Shown here piece by piece: positions 49,936 to 62,686 of a DNA stretch of 64,000 nt. How positions within the stretch are numbered: the stretch's first letter is position 1; the number at the start of each line of letters is the position of its first letter. Source of the DNA: Opitutia bacterium (GTDB taxonomy: Bacteria > Verrucomicrobiota > Verrucomicrobiia > Opitutales > T3Sed10-336); NCBI GenBank assembly GCA_050506795.1, contig JBJHCF010000001.1, positions 32,001-96,000 on the forward strand, in the 5' to 3' direction. A model generated the notes under the pieces. The model did not search any database. It had not been told where the DNA came from and worked only from the letters and a program-made list of their open reading frames with translations. Made by a program: the position numbers and the translations under genes.

Positions 49936-50328
49936 TCAATCCGATTTTTTCGCTTCTTCCTGGGGAAAGAGCCGCTTGCAGTCGAGGCAGCGCAGGTTTT
50001 TCTGGGAAAAAGGCAAAAGAGTCCCGAACACCACGATCAGCAGCACGGCAAAGAAGGGGAGACGCCGGTGGTCGATTTCGGTGGAGTTACAGAAGGGACA
50101 GTGAAGCAGCTTTTCCGGCTCCAGCGGCTTCAATTCGAGAACTTCGCGCGCCAGGGCCACCTGATCCTCGGGAACCCGAACTTCGACTCCACCGACCGCG
50201 TGGGATGCCAGCGGATAAACACCGGCGATCAAGTCGTTGTTCAACACCGCGTCAACCCCGTGGCCCCGCAGACGACTCTGCGTCATGTGGGCGTCGACCA
50301 CGTGGTCGTATGTGGCCACGATCACCAT
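49936..50328 (-). CDS. DUF2007 domain protein with zinc ribbon and TM hairpin
   Basis: AH...S.L...G.......GGVEVRV; CPFC and CLDC flanking a hydrophobic segment. Confidence 0.75.
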   Translation of the reverse strand: MVIVATYDHVVDAHMTQSRLRGHGVDAVLNNDLIAGVYPLASHAVGGVEVRVPEDQVALAREVLELKPLEPEKLLHCPFCNSTEIDHRRLPFFAVLLIVVFGTLLPFSQKNLRCLDCKRLFPQEEAKKSD

Positions 50329-50370
50329 GGAAAAGACCTTAAACTTTTCCGCGGCGCCTGGCAAATTCAA

Positions 50371-50589
50371 TCACCGGCCGGACTGGCTCTCCGCCTTGCG
50401 CTTCTTTTCATCGGCCACGATGGCCTTGAACATGTGCATGGCGATCCAGGCGGTCAGGGTCATCCCCAGGGCGCCCAGGGCCGCCCAAAAGGCCACCCAG
50501 GTGCCGTCGAACGACGGCACGGTGGGCCTCAGCGCAAAAAAGCTGATAAAGAAAAACGGAACGATGAAAAAGAGTTCGCGAATGGTCAT
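50371..50589 (-). CDS. Small two-TM hypothetical protein
   Basis: 72 aa, two hydrophobic helices, basic tail; fills the gap between genes. Confidence 0.6.
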   Translation of the reverse strand: MTIRELFFIVPFFFISFFALRPTVPSFDGTWVAFWAALGALGMTLTAWIAMHMFKAIVADEKKRKAESQSGR

Positions 50590-50788
50590 GTCTGAAAGAC
50601 AGTATTTATGGCATGCCCCTTACCCCCATGCCAAGGAAAAATCAGTCCGGCAAAACGTGCCCCTCCTATCCCCTGTTTCCTATCCCACGTCCCTCTCCCC
50701 CCGCCCTGAGCCCGCCGAAGGGCTCGCCCCTCGTCCCACGCCCCACTTTCCTGTTGCCCGCTGCTCAGGGCGTTTCTATATCCTTCCC

Positions 50789-52069
50789 ATGATCGATCTG
50801 AAAGTACTGAGGGAACAACCCGCGCGGGTCCGGGCCGCGATCGAAGCGAAGGGAGTCGACTGCGATCTGGATGCCGTGCTGGAAGCGGATCAGGCCCGCC
50901 GGGCCGGTTTGCGGGAGGTGGAGAGTCTGCGGGCCCGGCAGAAGGCGGCCAACGGTGAAATGGCGGCTCTCCCCAAGGGATCCCCCGAGTTCCGGGAAAA
51001 GGTGTCTGAAATGAAAGCCCTGGCGGCCGAGCTCAAGGAGCGGGAAGCCGCCTTGCGGGTGACGGAAGCCCGGTGGACCGAGCTTTTCCTGGCGGTGCCC
51101 AATCTGCCGCACGAAAGTGTGCCGGTGGCGCCGGATCCCTCGGGCAACGTGGTGTTTTCCAACTGGGGCGAAGAGCTCAAGGCATGTCCGCACGCACGGC
51201 CGCATTACGAGATTCCCTGGCTGGAGCAGTTGATCGATTTTCAGCGGGGTGTGAAAGTGGCCGGAGCCGGTTTTCCTTTCTATCGGGGCGATGGCGCGCG
51301 GCTGATTCGGGCGCTGGTGCAGTTTTTTCTCAACGAGGCCCGGGACCGGGGCTACGAGGAGATCTATCCGCCGCTGGTGGTGAACGAAAAGAGTGCCACC
51401 GCCACCGGCCAGTTGCCGGACAAGGAGGGGCAGATGTATCAGACGGTGGAGGACGATCTCTACCTGATCCCCACCGCCGAGGTTCCGGTGACCAATTTTC
51501 TGCGTGACGAAATTCTTCCCGAGGCTTCGCTGCCGGTCAAGGCCACCGCCTACACCCCTTGCTTTCGGCGGGAGGCCGGCAGTTACGGGAAAGACGTTCG
51601 CGGACTGAACCGGTTGCACCAGTTCGACAAGGTGGAGTTGGTGAAGTGGGTGCATCCCGAGAAAAGCTATGACGAACTGGAAAGCCTGCGCGAGGATGCG
51701 GAGGCGCTGGTGCGCAAGCTGGAACTGCCTTACCGCGTGTTGCTGATGTGTACCGGCGACCTCGGTTTCACCCAGAGCAAGAAATACGACATCGAGGTTT
51801 GGGCCGCCGGACAGCAACGCTGGCTGGAGGTTTCCAGTTGCAGCAATTTCGAGGCGTTCCAGGCGCGTCGGGCCTCCACCCGTTTTCGCGATGCCGACGG
51901 AAATATCGCTCCGGTGCATACGCTCAACGGATCGGCCCTGGCCGTGCCTCGCATCATGGCGGCCTTGCTGGAAAACAATCTGCAGGAGGACGGATCGGTC
52001 CGGGTGCCGGAGGTGTTGCGCCCCTGGCTGGGGAAGGACGTGATCAGTCCGGTTGGCGGCGGGGGATGA
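50789..52069 (+). CDS. serS: Serine--tRNA ligase
   Basis: MIDLK start, LIPTAEVP, FRREAG, EVSSCSN, HTLNGS. Confidence 0.97.
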   Translation: MIDLKVLREQPARVRAAIEAKGVDCDLDAVLEADQARRAGLREVESLRARQKAANGEMAALPKGSPEFREKVSEMKALAAELKEREAALRVTEARWTELFLAVPNLPHESVPVAPDPSGNVVFSNWGEELKACPHARPHYEIPWLEQLIDFQRGVKVAGAGFPFYRGDGARLIRALVQFFLNEARDRGYEEIYPPLVVNEKSATATGQLPDKEGQMYQTVEDDLYLIPTAEVPVTNFLRDEILPEASLPVKATAYTPCFRREAGSYGKDVRGLNRLHQFDKVELVKWVHPEKSYDELESLREDAEALVRKLELPYRVLLMCTGDLGFTQSKKYDIEVWAAGQQRWLEVSSCSNFEAFQARRASTRFRDADGNIAPVHTLNGSALAVPRIMAALLENNLQEDGSVRVPEVLRPWLGKDVISPVGGGG

Positions 52070-53530
52070 ATGGACGCTTTTGTCAACGAGTGGGAGGAAC
52101 GCGGCCGGGGCCTGGCCGCGCGTTTTCCTCTTGATCGGCTCGATACCGGCGCGGTCGCGCGACTGCGGGCTTCGCCGCCAGGGGCGTTGTGGGGAATCGC
52201 CTGTTCCGGGGGAGCCGATTCGGTTTGCCTGGCGATTTTGCTCCACGCGCATTTTCCCGGGCGTCGCGCCGATATGCGGATTTTGCATTTCAACCACCGG
52301 TTGCGCGGGGTCGAATCCGACCGCGACGCGGCTTCCGTGGAGGCGCTGGCACGCCGGCTCGGTTTGCGCTGCGAAGTGGGGGCGTGGGAATCGGCGCCGG
52401 CCGGCGGCGCTTCGGCGGCGGAAGCCCGTCAGGCTCGGTTCGGTTTTTTCCAGCGGGTCCTGGCTGCCGCCGACAAGCCTTTGCTGATCCTTGGTCAGCA
52501 GCGAGACGACATTGTGGAATCACAACTGATGGCGCTTTCGCGAGGCGGCGGCACGGCTTCTCTCGCCGCGCCCAGGCCGGTTTCGACGCCCGAGCGCGAG
52601 GTGGTGCGGCTGCGGCCTTTGCTGGATCTGGGCGCCGATGAGATTCGTCGGGTGTTGCAAGAGCTTTCCATTCCCTGGCGGGAGGACGCCAGCAACAGTT
52701 CGCGCGACTATTACCGCAACCGCCTGCGGCAGGCGGTCCTGCCGGTTTGGCGCGAAGCGTCTCCGTTTGATGTCGCCCGGGGCGCCGCCGCCGCGCGGAT
52801 TCGGCTGGAGGAGGACGATGCCGCCCTCAAGGTGTGGACGGACCGGGTGATGGAATCCTGGTCCCACGAGGACGGCTTTCCCGCCGCCGCGGTGCGCGAT
52901 CTGCCCCGCGCCGTGGTTCGTCGCGCGCTTACCCACTGGCTGGCGGGCGAGGGGCTGCGGGAACATTTGGCATCGTCCGGGTTTGAGGAACTCATGGCGG
53001 CGATGGCCGGAAAGGATCCGTTCCGCCGCAGTGCGGGTCCGGAGGCGCTGTTATGCTTTGATGGCGAAGTTCTGAGACGGGAAGGCGCCGCCGTGGCGGA
53101 TCCGCCCTGGACCGGTGAAGTTTATTGTCCGTTGGGCGCCGAGGTCCATTTCCCCGGTGGACGCCGGTTACGGGTTGGTGACCAGAACCTGGATGCACGC
53201 GATCGAGAGGCGGTGTTGGCAGGGGAGGTCGATCATTCGGTGGAAGCAGTTGTTGACTCTGCCGGGATGGAGGCTCGCGGAGTTCTGGTTCGTTTTTGGA
53301 GACCCGGCGACCGATTTCATCCTCTGGGCGCCCCCGGTTCGCGCAAGCTTCAGGATATTTTTACCGATCGAAAAATTGATGTGGAGGAACGACGGCGGCT
53401 TCCCCTTGTCTGCACGGATGAAGGCTCCATTATCTGGTGCCCGGGCTTCCCCCCCGCCGAACGTTTTAAGATTGGAGGATTGACGAGACGTGTTGTGCGT
53501 TTGACATATCGGAGCGGTGGGGCAAGCTGA
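52070..53530 (+). CDS. tilS: tRNA(Ile)-lysidine synthase
   Basis: SGGADS PP-loop, HRLRG, RPLL, EDASN, RNRLR; serS-tilS-ftsH order. Confidence 0.92.
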   Translation: MDAFVNEWEERGRGLAARFPLDRLDTGAVARLRASPPGALWGIACSGGADSVCLAILLHAHFPGRRADMRILHFNHRLRGVESDRDAASVEALARRLGLRCEVGAWESAPAGGASAAEARQARFGFFQRVLAAADKPLLILGQQRDDIVESQLMALSRGGGTASLAAPRPVSTPEREVVRLRPLLDLGADEIRRVLQELSIPWREDASNSSRDYYRNRLRQAVLPVWREASPFDVARGAAAARIRLEEDDAALKVWTDRVMESWSHEDGFPAAAVRDLPRAVVRRALTHWLAGEGLREHLASSGFEELMAAMAGKDPFRRSAGPEALLCFDGEVLRREGAAVADPPWTGEVYCPLGAEVHFPGGRRLRVGDQNLDARDREAVLAGEVDHSVEAVVDSAGMEARGVLVRFWRPGDRFHPLGAPGSRKLQDIFTDRKIDVEERRRLPLVCTDEGSIIWCPGFPPAERFKIGGLTRRVVRLTYRSGGAS

Positions 53531-53564
53531 AGATGAGATAGTATAGAGCCTGTTCCCGTTTATT

Positions 53565-55592
53565 ATGTCCGACAACCAACAGCAGGGTCCCGCCAAACCG
53601 CCGACCCCCGACAATAATAACAAGTACCAGCCAAAGGTCTTGTTCATCTGGCTCGCGATTTTCGCGGCGATCGCCAGCTTGTGGATTTTGAATCCCACCC
53701 CCGACATGGAGCGGCCGGTCACGGTGAAACAGGTCCTTGATCTGGCCCAGGAGGGGAGAATTGAGGCTGCCACTGTCAGAGCCAACAAGCGGGGCGGACA
53801 CGATTTTGTGGACATCACCGGGACTTTCGCCACCCGGGTGCCGGAGCTCAACGTGGATATGGGAGAGCGCTTCAAGGCCAGCGGTCGTTTGACCGAGGGC
53901 AATCTGGACATCCTGCGTGACAGTCTGGGCGCGGATGCCTTGAAGGAGGAGCCGTCATCCACCGTGATGTCGGATATCCTCATCTCGCTGTTGCCGTTCA
54001 TTCTCATTATCGCGCTTCTCTATTTTCTTTTCATCCGCCAACTGCGAATGGCCGGCAAGGGCGCCATGAGTTTCGGCAAGAGCAAGGCCAAGATGCTCAC
54101 CCGTGACCGGCAAAAGGTGTATTTCCGGGATGTCGCCGGCTGTGATGAGGCCAAGGAGGAGGTCCAGGAGGTCGTCGATTTTCTGCGCGACCCCAAGAAG
54201 TTTCAACATGTCGGCGGACGTATTCCCAAGGGCTTCCTGATGGTGGGGCCTCCCGGAACGGGTAAGACATTGCTGGCCAAAGCGGTGGCCGGTGAGGCCG
54301 ACGTTCCCTTTTTCACTATCAGCGGTTCCGACTTCGTGGAAATGTTTGTCGGGGTCGGCGCCAGCCGGGTGCGCGATATGTTCGAGCAGGGTCGCAAGAA
54401 CGCGCCCTGCCTGATTTTCATTGACGAAATCGACGCCGTCGGCCGGCAACGCGGCGCCGGAGTGGGCGGAGGCAATGATGAACGCGAACAGACGCTGAAT
54501 TCGCTGCTGGTGGAAATGGACGGCTTCGAAGGGCATGAGGGAGTGATCATCATCGCCGCCACCAACCGTCCGGACGTTCTCGATAGCGCACTGCTCCGTC
54601 CGGGGCGTTTCGATCGTCAGATTATGATCGATCTCCCCGACCTGGCCGGTCGGCGCCAGATTCTGGATGTCCACGCGAAGAAGATCAAGTTGGAGGAGGA
54701 TGTCGATCTCGATGTGGTGGCCCGCAGCACACCGGGGCTCTCCGGTGCGGACCTGGCCAACCTGCTGAACGAATCCGCGCTCATCGCGGTGCGTTACGGG
54801 GCGAAAAAGGTTTCCCTCTCCCACATTGAAGAAGCCCGGGAAAAGATCCAGTACGGCCGCGAGCGGCGCCGTATCATGGACGACGAGGACAAGCGCCTGA
54901 TCGCCTACCACGAGGCGGGTCATGCCTTGATCCAGGCGGTGGTCGACGACGGCAGCCTTCCGCTGCACAAGGTGACCATCATCCCGCGCGGGCAAAGTCT
55001 CGGCAGCACCATGTTCCTGCCGAAGAAGGACACTTACAATTATTCAAAAAAGCGGCTTCTTAACCAGATCGCCAGCATCATGGGCGGCCGCATCGCGGAA
55101 GAGCTGGTGCTGGGAGATATTTCCAGCGGGGCCAGCGGCGATATCAAACAGGCGACCAAGATTGCCCGTCACATGGTCTGCGACTGGGGTATGAGCAGTC
55201 TCGGCCCGCTTTCGCTGGGCGAGAATCAGGACACGGTGTTTCTCGGAAAGGAAATCAACCGCACGCAGAACTACAGCGAGGAAACCGCGCGAAAAATCGA
55301 CGCGGAATTGCATCGCATCATCGACGAGCAATACGAGCGGGCCACCGGGATCATGAAAGAGCGGCGATCAGCGCTCGATGCCATCGCCGACGCCCTGATG
55401 GAACACGAAACCATCGACGGCAAACACGTCCATGAGATCGTGGAGCACGGGGAAATTCGTTCGCCGGTGGAAAAGGCGCCCTCGGTCATCCACCAGGAAA
55501 AGAAAAAGCGCGAAAAGGAGAAAGCCGCTGCCGAAAAGAAGAGCAAGAAAGTCGACGATCCCCCCGGCGATCCCGCCGGGGCGGTGGCTTGA
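53565..55592 (+). CDS. ftsH: ATP-dependent zinc metalloprotease FtsH
   Basis: Two TMs, [20 protein letters not shown]. Confidence 0.97.
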   Translation: MSDNQQQGPAKPPTPDNNNKYQPKVLFIWLAIFAAIASLWILNPTPDMERPVTVKQVLDLAQEGRIEAATVRANKRGGHDFVDITGTFATRVPELNVDMGERFKASGRLTEGNLDILRDSLGADALKEEPSSTVMSDILISLLPFILIIALLYFLFIRQLRMAGKGAMSFGKSKAKMLTRDRQKVYFRDVAGCDEAKEEVQEVVDFLRDPKKFQHVGGRIPKGFLMVGPPGTGKTLLAKAVAGEADVPFFTISGSDFVEMFVGVGASRVRDMFEQGRKNAPCLIFIDEIDAVGRQRGAGVGGGNDEREQTLNSLLVEMDGFEGHEGVIIIAATNRPDVLDSALLRPGRFDRQIMIDLPDLAGRRQILDVHAKKIKLEEDVDLDVVARSTPGLSGADLANLLNESALIAVRYGAKKVSLSHIEEAREKIQYGRERRRIMDDEDKRLIAYHEAGHALIQAVVDDGSLPLHKVTIIPRGQSLGSTMFLPKKDTYNYSKKRLLNQIASIMGGRIAEELVLGDISSGASGDIKQATKIARHMVCDWGMSSLGPLSLGENQDTVFLGKEINRTQNYSEETARKIDAELHRIIDEQYERATGIMKERRSALDAIADALMEHETIDGKHVHEIVEHGEIRSPVEKAPSVIHQEKKKREKEKAAAEKKSKKVDDPPGDPAGAVA

Positions 55593-55627
55593 TCCGCGGA
55601 TTGCTCCACTTTAGCCCCTTAATTCTG

Positions 55628-55722
55628 AAATCTTGCGCAAATCGCGCAAGATTTTCTGGAGGGCAACGCTCCGCCGTTGCCGCCCGATCGGCAAATCGGA
55701 AGCGGCGGAGCGTTGCCCTCCA
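55628..55722. repeat. Two adjacent inverted repeats between convergent ftsH and abfA (REP-like or bidirectional terminator)
   Basis: 11-bp IR AAATCTTGCGC/GCGCAAGATTT and perfect 20-bp IR TGGAGGGCAACGCTCCGCCG/CGGCGGAGCGTTGCCCTCCA. Confidence 0.75.
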
Positions 55723-55781
55723 CGTAACTCCTGATTGGTAACGGCTAGGCCGGATTATGGATCAGGAGTCTCCCGCGCGGC

Positions 55782-57362
<1,581 letters not shown>

Positions 57363-57416
57363 TCATAGGGAGACGCGGGAATTGGCGGAGTCGTCTCGCC
57401 GGACAAAATTTCTCTA

Positions 57417-59984
57417 TTACGCCATCGTTTCCGTCACCGGTCCGGCGGCCAGCAATCGCAGGGGAACTTCCCCCCGGTCGCGGGCCTCGGACAGATCGAC
57501 TTCGAAAACGACGGACCAGTCGTTCAGGTCCTGGGTGTCGACAAGGATCTGCTGCACGACCCAGCGGCGGGGTTCTTCCCGGATAAAGGTGTTTTTGGTG
57601 TTGCGCGCTTCGGGGTCGAGGCGGATCCGTTCGTGTTCCGCGAAGTAGGGGGCGAAGAGACGCTCCAGCCGCTCCGGTGTCCAGGCTTCGCCGTCGACGT
57701 CATCGGGCGAAACGAGACCGGCCAGGGCCTCCTCCCAGTTGCCGCGCGCCACCGCCCGGACCCGGTCGAATACCGCGTTGCGCACCATGGCGCCAAACTG
57801 CCGGCGGTGGCGGGTGATGTCGGGAGGGCCGGCGACCCGGGGAGCCGCCTTACCGTCGGCGGCTTCCTCCGGCGAACGGTATTCCGGATCGCGCATCCGT
57901 TCCCATTCCTCCAGCAGACTGGAGTCCACTCCGCGAATCATTTCCGCGAGATAGGTTTCGATTTCCAGAATCGGTTCGGTTTTTTCCGTTTCCGGGACGG
58001 TCTGGACCAGCGTTTTGTAGACTCCGGAAAGGTGGCGCAGGAGGATCCCTTCCGACCGGTGCAGGTCGTAATCCTTGATGTAATCGGCGAACGACATCCA
58101 GCGTTCGAACATTTCCCGGGCGATGGATTTGGGCTGAATGTTGGCTTCGCCCACCCAGGGGTGTTTTTCGGCAAAAGCGTTGAAGGTTCCGTAGATGAAC
58201 TCCCGCCTCGGCTTGGGATATTCCACGGAGTCGAGCGCGGCCATGCGACGATCGTATTCCACGCCTTCGGCTTTCAGGCGCGCCACTTCCTCCGATTTGG
58301 CGCGGGCCAGTTGCCGGCGCAGAATCACATCGGGGTTCTCCACGATTGACTCGACCAGTGAGAGGACATCCAACGCGTGATCCGGATGTTCCGGGTCGAG
58401 CAGCGACAAGGCGTCGATCAGGAAAAGCGAGAGGGTCTGGTGCAGGGAGAAGTTGTCCTGCAAATCCACGTTGACCCGAAGCCGGCTCTTGGTCTCGTCC
58501 GGTTCCCGCGGCAGAATTTCCACGATGCCGCGATCGAGCAGGGTGCGAAACAATTGCCAGGCGTTGCGCAGGTGACGCTGCTTCTCCCGGGGTGGCTCGT
58601 GACTGTCGCGAATCAACTGTCGCATGGCCTGGCAGCCGTCGCGGGGACGGCCCAGGACTTGCAGCAGGATGCCGTGATTGATGGCGAAATTCGAGTTCAA
58701 CGCTTCCGGCGGCGACTCCCTCAGCCGGCGAAAGGTTTTGGCGTCCCAGGTGATGAATCCCTTGGGCGGAGTGCGCTTCACCATCTTGCGCTTCTTTCCC
58801 GGATTGGCGGCCGCCTTTTCGTCCAGTATCCGGTTTTCAATGATATGTGCCGGAGCCTGCGCGACCACCCAGCCCTGATCGTCGAATCCCTTGCGTCCGG
58901 CGCGGCCGCAAACCTGCTGAAAATCCCGGACGCTCAAAATGCGGTTCTTTTCGCCGTCGTATTTGCTGAGCTGGGTGAGAAGGACGGTGCGAATCGGGAC
59001 ATTGATTCCGACCCCCAGGGTGTCGGTGCCGCAGATCAGTTTCAACAAACCCTGTTGGGCCAGTTTCTCCACCAGCACCCGGTACTTGGGCAGGAGTCCG
59101 GCATGGTGCAGGCCGATGCCCTGACGCAGAATCCGTTTCATTTCCTGACCGTACGGACTGCTGAAACGAAATCCGTCCAGTTCACGTGAGATGAGTTCCC
59201 GGTCGTCGCGCGAACAAAGGCCCAGGCTGGTGAAACTCTGCGCGTTCTCGGCCGCTTCGCGTTGAGTAAAGTGCACCACGTAAACGGGCGTTTTTTTGGT
59301 GGCGACAAGTTCTTCGATGGTTTGGGTGAGCGGGGTTTCCGCGTAGGAGAATTCGAGCGGCACCGGGCGTTCGCTGGAGGTCACCACGGCCGTCGGGTGA
59401 TTATTGAGCGCGGTCAGGCGTTCGGCGAACTGGTCGAGGTTTCCCATGGTGGCCGACATCAAAAGAAAGCGCGCCTGGGGCAGGGTGAGCAGCGGGATTT
59501 GCCAGGAGACACCCCGGTCGCGGTCGGAGTAGTAATGGAACTCATCCTGGATGACGTCGTGCACTTCCGCCTCCCGCCCCTCCGCGCACCCCATGTTGGC
59601 GAGAATTTCAGCCGTGCAACACAGGATGGGCGCCCGGCGGTTGACCGTGGCGTCGCCCGTCATCATGCCGACCATTTCCGGTCCGAAGTCCCGGCACAGC
59701 GCCAGGAATTTCTCGTTGACCAGCGCCTTGATGGGACAGGTGTAAACCGAACGCCGTCCCATCGCCGCCGATTTAAAATGCATCGCCAGCGCCACCAGGG
59801 ATTTTCCCGAGCCGGTCGGGGTGTTGAGAATGACATTCTGGTCCGCGAAAACCGCGAGAATCGCCTCCTCCTGGGCCGGATAAAGCTCGATTCCGGCAGC
59901 GTTCACATAGGCCAGGAATCGATCGAGCAATTCATCCGGACCAAAACGTTCTCCCGGCGACGGCATTGACAAAGCAGGAACCAT
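57417..59984 (-). CDS. Ski2-like DEAD/DEAH-box helicase with DUF3516 (start may be 59966)
   Basis: PTGSGKS, PIKAL, DEFH, SAT, HHAG, GRAGR; C-terminal QIL.D....DW. Confidence 0.9.
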   Translation of the reverse strand: MVPALSMPSPGERFGPDELLDRFLAYVNAAGIELYPAQEEAILAVFADQNVILNTPTGSGKSLVALAMHFKSAAMGRRSVYTCPIKALVNEKFLALCRDFGPEMVGMMTGDATVNRRAPILCCTAEILANMGCAEGREAEVHDVIQDEFHYYSDRDRGVSWQIPLLTLPQARFLLMSATMGNLDQFAERLTALNNHPTAVVTSSERPVPLEFSYAETPLTQTIEELVATKKTPVYVVHFTQREAAENAQSFTSLGLCSRDDRELISRELDGFRFSSPYGQEMKRILRQGIGLHHAGLLPKYRVLVEKLAQQGLLKLICGTDTLGVGINVPIRTVLLTQLSKYDGEKNRILSVRDFQQVCGRAGRKGFDDQGWVVAQAPAHIIENRILDEKAAANPGKKRKMVKRTPPKGFITWDAKTFRRLRESPPEALNSNFAINHGILLQVLGRPRDGCQAMRQLIRDSHEPPREKQRHLRNAWQLFRTLLDRGIVEILPREPDETKSRLRVNVDLQDNFSLHQTLSLFLIDALSLLDPEHPDHALDVLSLVESIVENPDVILRRQLARAKSEEVARLKAEGVEYDRRMAALDSVEYPKPRREFIYGTFNAFAEKHPWVGEANIQPKSIAREMFERWMSFADYIKDYDLHRSEGILLRHLSGVYKTLVQTVPETEKTEPILEIETYLAEMIRGVDSSLLEEWERMRDPEYRSPEEAADGKAAPRVAGPPDITRHRRQFGAMVRNAVFDRVRAVARGNWEEALAGLVSPDDVDGEAWTPERLERLFAPYFAEHERIRLDPEARNTKNTFIREEPRRWVVQQILVDTQDLNDWSVVFEVDLSEARDRGEVPLRLLAAGPVTETMA

Positions 59985-60087
59985 TAATCGAGGGAATACC
60001 GTTTATCCGGGGGAAAAGGCAATGCCCGTCCGCGACCGCCTTCCACTCCGCGGACGATGTGGTACGACACCGTTTTTAGCATCCTGC

Positions 60088-62181
60088 TTATTCCGGCGGG
60101 TTCAGTTGACGGTGAAGGTAGGCGTAAATCAGACTGTTGATGTAGGCCTGTTGCCGCAGATTCGCCGCGCCGGAGTGACCGCCCTCGATGTTTTCGTAGT
60201 AGAGCACGTCGTGCCCCAACGATTTCATCATGGCCACCATTTTGCGGGCGTGGGCCGGGTGAACGCGGTCGTCACGGGTGGAGGTGGTGAAAAAAATCTT
60301 CGGGTATTCGGTTTCCGGATGCACATTCTGGTAGGGAGAATAGCGGCTCAGGAAGGCCCAGTCCTCGGTAACATCCGGGTTGCCGTATTCCGCCACCCAA
60401 CTGGCGCCGGCCAGCAGAAGGTGGTAGCGGCGCATGTCCAGCAGCGGCACCTGGCAAACCACCGCGTTGAAGAGATCGGGACGCTGGGTGACGGCGGCGC
60501 CGACCAGCAGGCCACCGTTGCTGCCGCCCTGAATGCCGAGTTGCTCCGGCGTGGTCAGGCCCCGGGCGATCAGATCTTCGGCGACGGCGATGAAATCGTC
60601 GAAAGCCCGTTGACGGTTTTCGCGGAGGGCGGCCTGATGCCAGGCCGGACCGAATTCGCCGCCGCCCCGGATGTTGGCCAGAACAAACAGACCTCCGCGT
60701 TCCAGCCAGGAGGCGCCCATGACTCCGGAATAGAACGGTGTCCGGGAAATCTCGAATCCGCCGTAGGCGTTGAGGAGAGTGGGCCGTGGCCCGCCGGTTT
60801 CCAGGGGTTCCGGGCCCGCCACGAAGTAGGGAATCCTGGTGCCGTCGGCGGATTCCGCCTCGAACTGTGCGACCGCGAGCCCGCTGGCGTCGAACCGTGC
60901 CGGCTCGGAGCGCACTTCAAGGTGTTCGTCGGCGGCCGCGTCCGCACGGAAGAGGGTGGTCGGGGTCAGGAATCCGGTGAAGGCATAAAAGAAAGCGTCG
61001 CTGCGATCGTCTGTTGTGATCAACTGAATGGTTCCCATTTCCGGCGCGGTCAACGTCTGTTGCTCCCAGCCCTGATCCTGATGGCGGAAGGCGTACAGAC
61101 GGCTGGTGACGTTGTCCAGGACGTGGACCAGCACCCGTGTTTTGGTCAACGCCACGCCGGCGATGGAGGCGCGGGGACCGGGAGCGTAGAGCACTTCAAA
61201 AGCCGGGTCTTCCCCCAGGACGGCTTCGAATTCGGTCGCGATGAGCGAACCCTGCCGGTAGGTTTCGCCTCCGGTGGTCCAGTCGGATTTGAGGTCAATC
61301 AGGACGCGTCCGTCGAGGATTCCCGCCAGCCGGGCGTCGTCGGGGATGTGAATGCGGTGCAGTTGTTCGTCGCGGTAGAGATGGTAGTGCCGGGTGAAAA
61401 ATCCCGGAGCGCGAACGATAAGATCGTAGGGCGTTTCGTCGTCCCATACCCGGAATCCCGATACGGAGACGTCAGATCTTTCGCCCCGGAAGACGGTTTC
61501 GGCTTCCACCAGCGGATCGCCCCGTCTCCAGAGACGGACTTCGCGCGGGTAACCGGAATCGGTCAGGCTGTCTTCTCCGAAATCGGTGCCCACAAAAACA
61601 CTGTCGAGGTCCCGCCAACTGATCCGGCTCTTGGCTTCGGGCAGTTGAAAGCCGTCTTCGACAAACCGGCGTGTTTCCCGGTCGAATTCCCGCCGCACCA
61701 CCGCGTCGGATCCGCCCCGCGACAGGCCGATGATGAACCGGTCGTAGTCGGGATACCGTCCGCTGGAACCGGCCCATACCCAGTTTTCGTTTTCCTTTTC
61801 CGCCAACGCGTCCACATCCAGCAGAATTTCCCATTCGGGATCTCCCCGGACGTAACTTTCCTGAGAAGTGGTTCGCCAGAGGCCGCGCACATGGGACTCA
61901 TCACGCCAGAAATTGTCCACCCGGCCTCCGCGCAGGCCCGGGAAGGGAATGCGGTCGGGGGAGGTGATGATTTCCAGCGCCCGCTGATGAAGGGGATCGA
62001 ACAGCGGGTGTTGTTCCAGCAGTTCCGTACTGTGACTGTTCTGCTCGCGAGCCCAGGCGAGCGCGGCTTCGCCTTCGACTTCTTCGAGCCAGAGATAAGG
62101 ATCGGTTTCGGCCATAAGCAAAAAGGAAAAAAACAGGCCCGCCGGCAGGCAGGCGAGAAGGCGGCAATGATGTAACGGCAT
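60088..62181 (-). CDS. Prolyl oligopeptidase (S9A), probably secreted
   Basis: DPYLWLE, GGSNGG, DDRV, GGH triad motifs. Confidence 0.93.
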   Translation of the reverse strand: MPLHHCRLLACLPAGLFFSFLLMAETDPYLWLEEVEGEAALAWAREQNSHSTELLEQHPLFDPLHQRALEIITSPDRIPFPGLRGGRVDNFWRDESHVRGLWRTTSQESYVRGDPEWEILLDVDALAEKENENWVWAGSSGRYPDYDRFIIGLSRGGSDAVVRREFDRETRRFVEDGFQLPEAKSRISWRDLDSVFVGTDFGEDSLTDSGYPREVRLWRRGDPLVEAETVFRGERSDVSVSGFRVWDDETPYDLIVRAPGFFTRHYHLYRDEQLHRIHIPDDARLAGILDGRVLIDLKSDWTTGGETYRQGSLIATEFEAVLGEDPAFEVLYAPGPRASIAGVALTKTRVLVHVLDNVTSRLYAFRHQDQGWEQQTLTAPEMGTIQLITTDDRSDAFFYAFTGFLTPTTLFRADAAADEHLEVRSEPARFDASGLAVAQFEAESADGTRIPYFVAGPEPLETGGPRPTLLNAYGGFEISRTPFYSGVMGASWLERGGLFVLANIRGGGEFGPAWHQAALRENRQRAFDDFIAVAEDLIARGLTTPEQLGIQGGSNGGLLVGAAVTQRPDLFNAVVCQVPLLDMRRYHLLLAGASWVAEYGNPDVTEDWAFLSRYSPYQNVHPETEYPKIFFTTSTRDDRVHPAHARKMVAMMKSLGHDVLYYENIEGGHSGAANLRQQAYINSLIYAYLHRQLNPPE

Positions 62182-62407
62182 AGGAAAAAGAATGATCTGC
62201 CCCATATTCGTCAAATTGAGCGGAAAATGAACACAAATCTTTTTGGGGCGCCGCTGGGCCTGTTGAAAACGGGAGAGACGGAATTCAGGGGAACCACGAA
62301 ACACACAAAAGGCACGAAATAATAATTCTACCCTCTTTGGCTGAAATGGAAGGGAAATTTCAATAGAAAACCCCCGGCGCCTCGCTGTTTACAGTGGGTT
62401 CGATACG

Positions 62408-62469
62408 CCGGCTGAAGCACGGCGCTACGCATTCATGGCTCCGAATTCGTAGGTCCGTGCTTTAGCCGG
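62408..62469. repeat. GTAG-type REP inverted pair
   Basis: CCGGCTGAAGCACGG..CTACG / CGTAG..CCGTGCTTTAGCCGG; related single copy at 44656-44678. Confidence 0.65.
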
Positions 62470-62686
62470 ACGCTTCATGGTACGCAAGATGCTGAGGTAC
62501 GGCATCAGAGCCCATCCCAAAACAGCGAAGTCCCGAAACCTCAGCCTCTCCGTTCCCCCGCGCGGTGCCATCCGTTTCGTGGCTATTGTGTTTCGTTGTC
62601 TCCAAAATTCACCCACACCAATTTCGGTGATTGATTCACTTGGCGTGATGCTCCACGATCTCCACAACCCCGGCTTCATGCGATCC

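Noticed and set aside
50237..50788. N-terminal extension of SerS
   Set aside because: It overlaps two opposite-strand genes and low-complexity DNA; the canonical start is 50789.
60022..62175. Long antisense ORFs (also 22524-24389, 44754-46361, 27330-28700 and others)
   Set aside because: These are shadow ORFs expected in high-GC coding DNA opposite well-supported genes, with no recognisable motifs.
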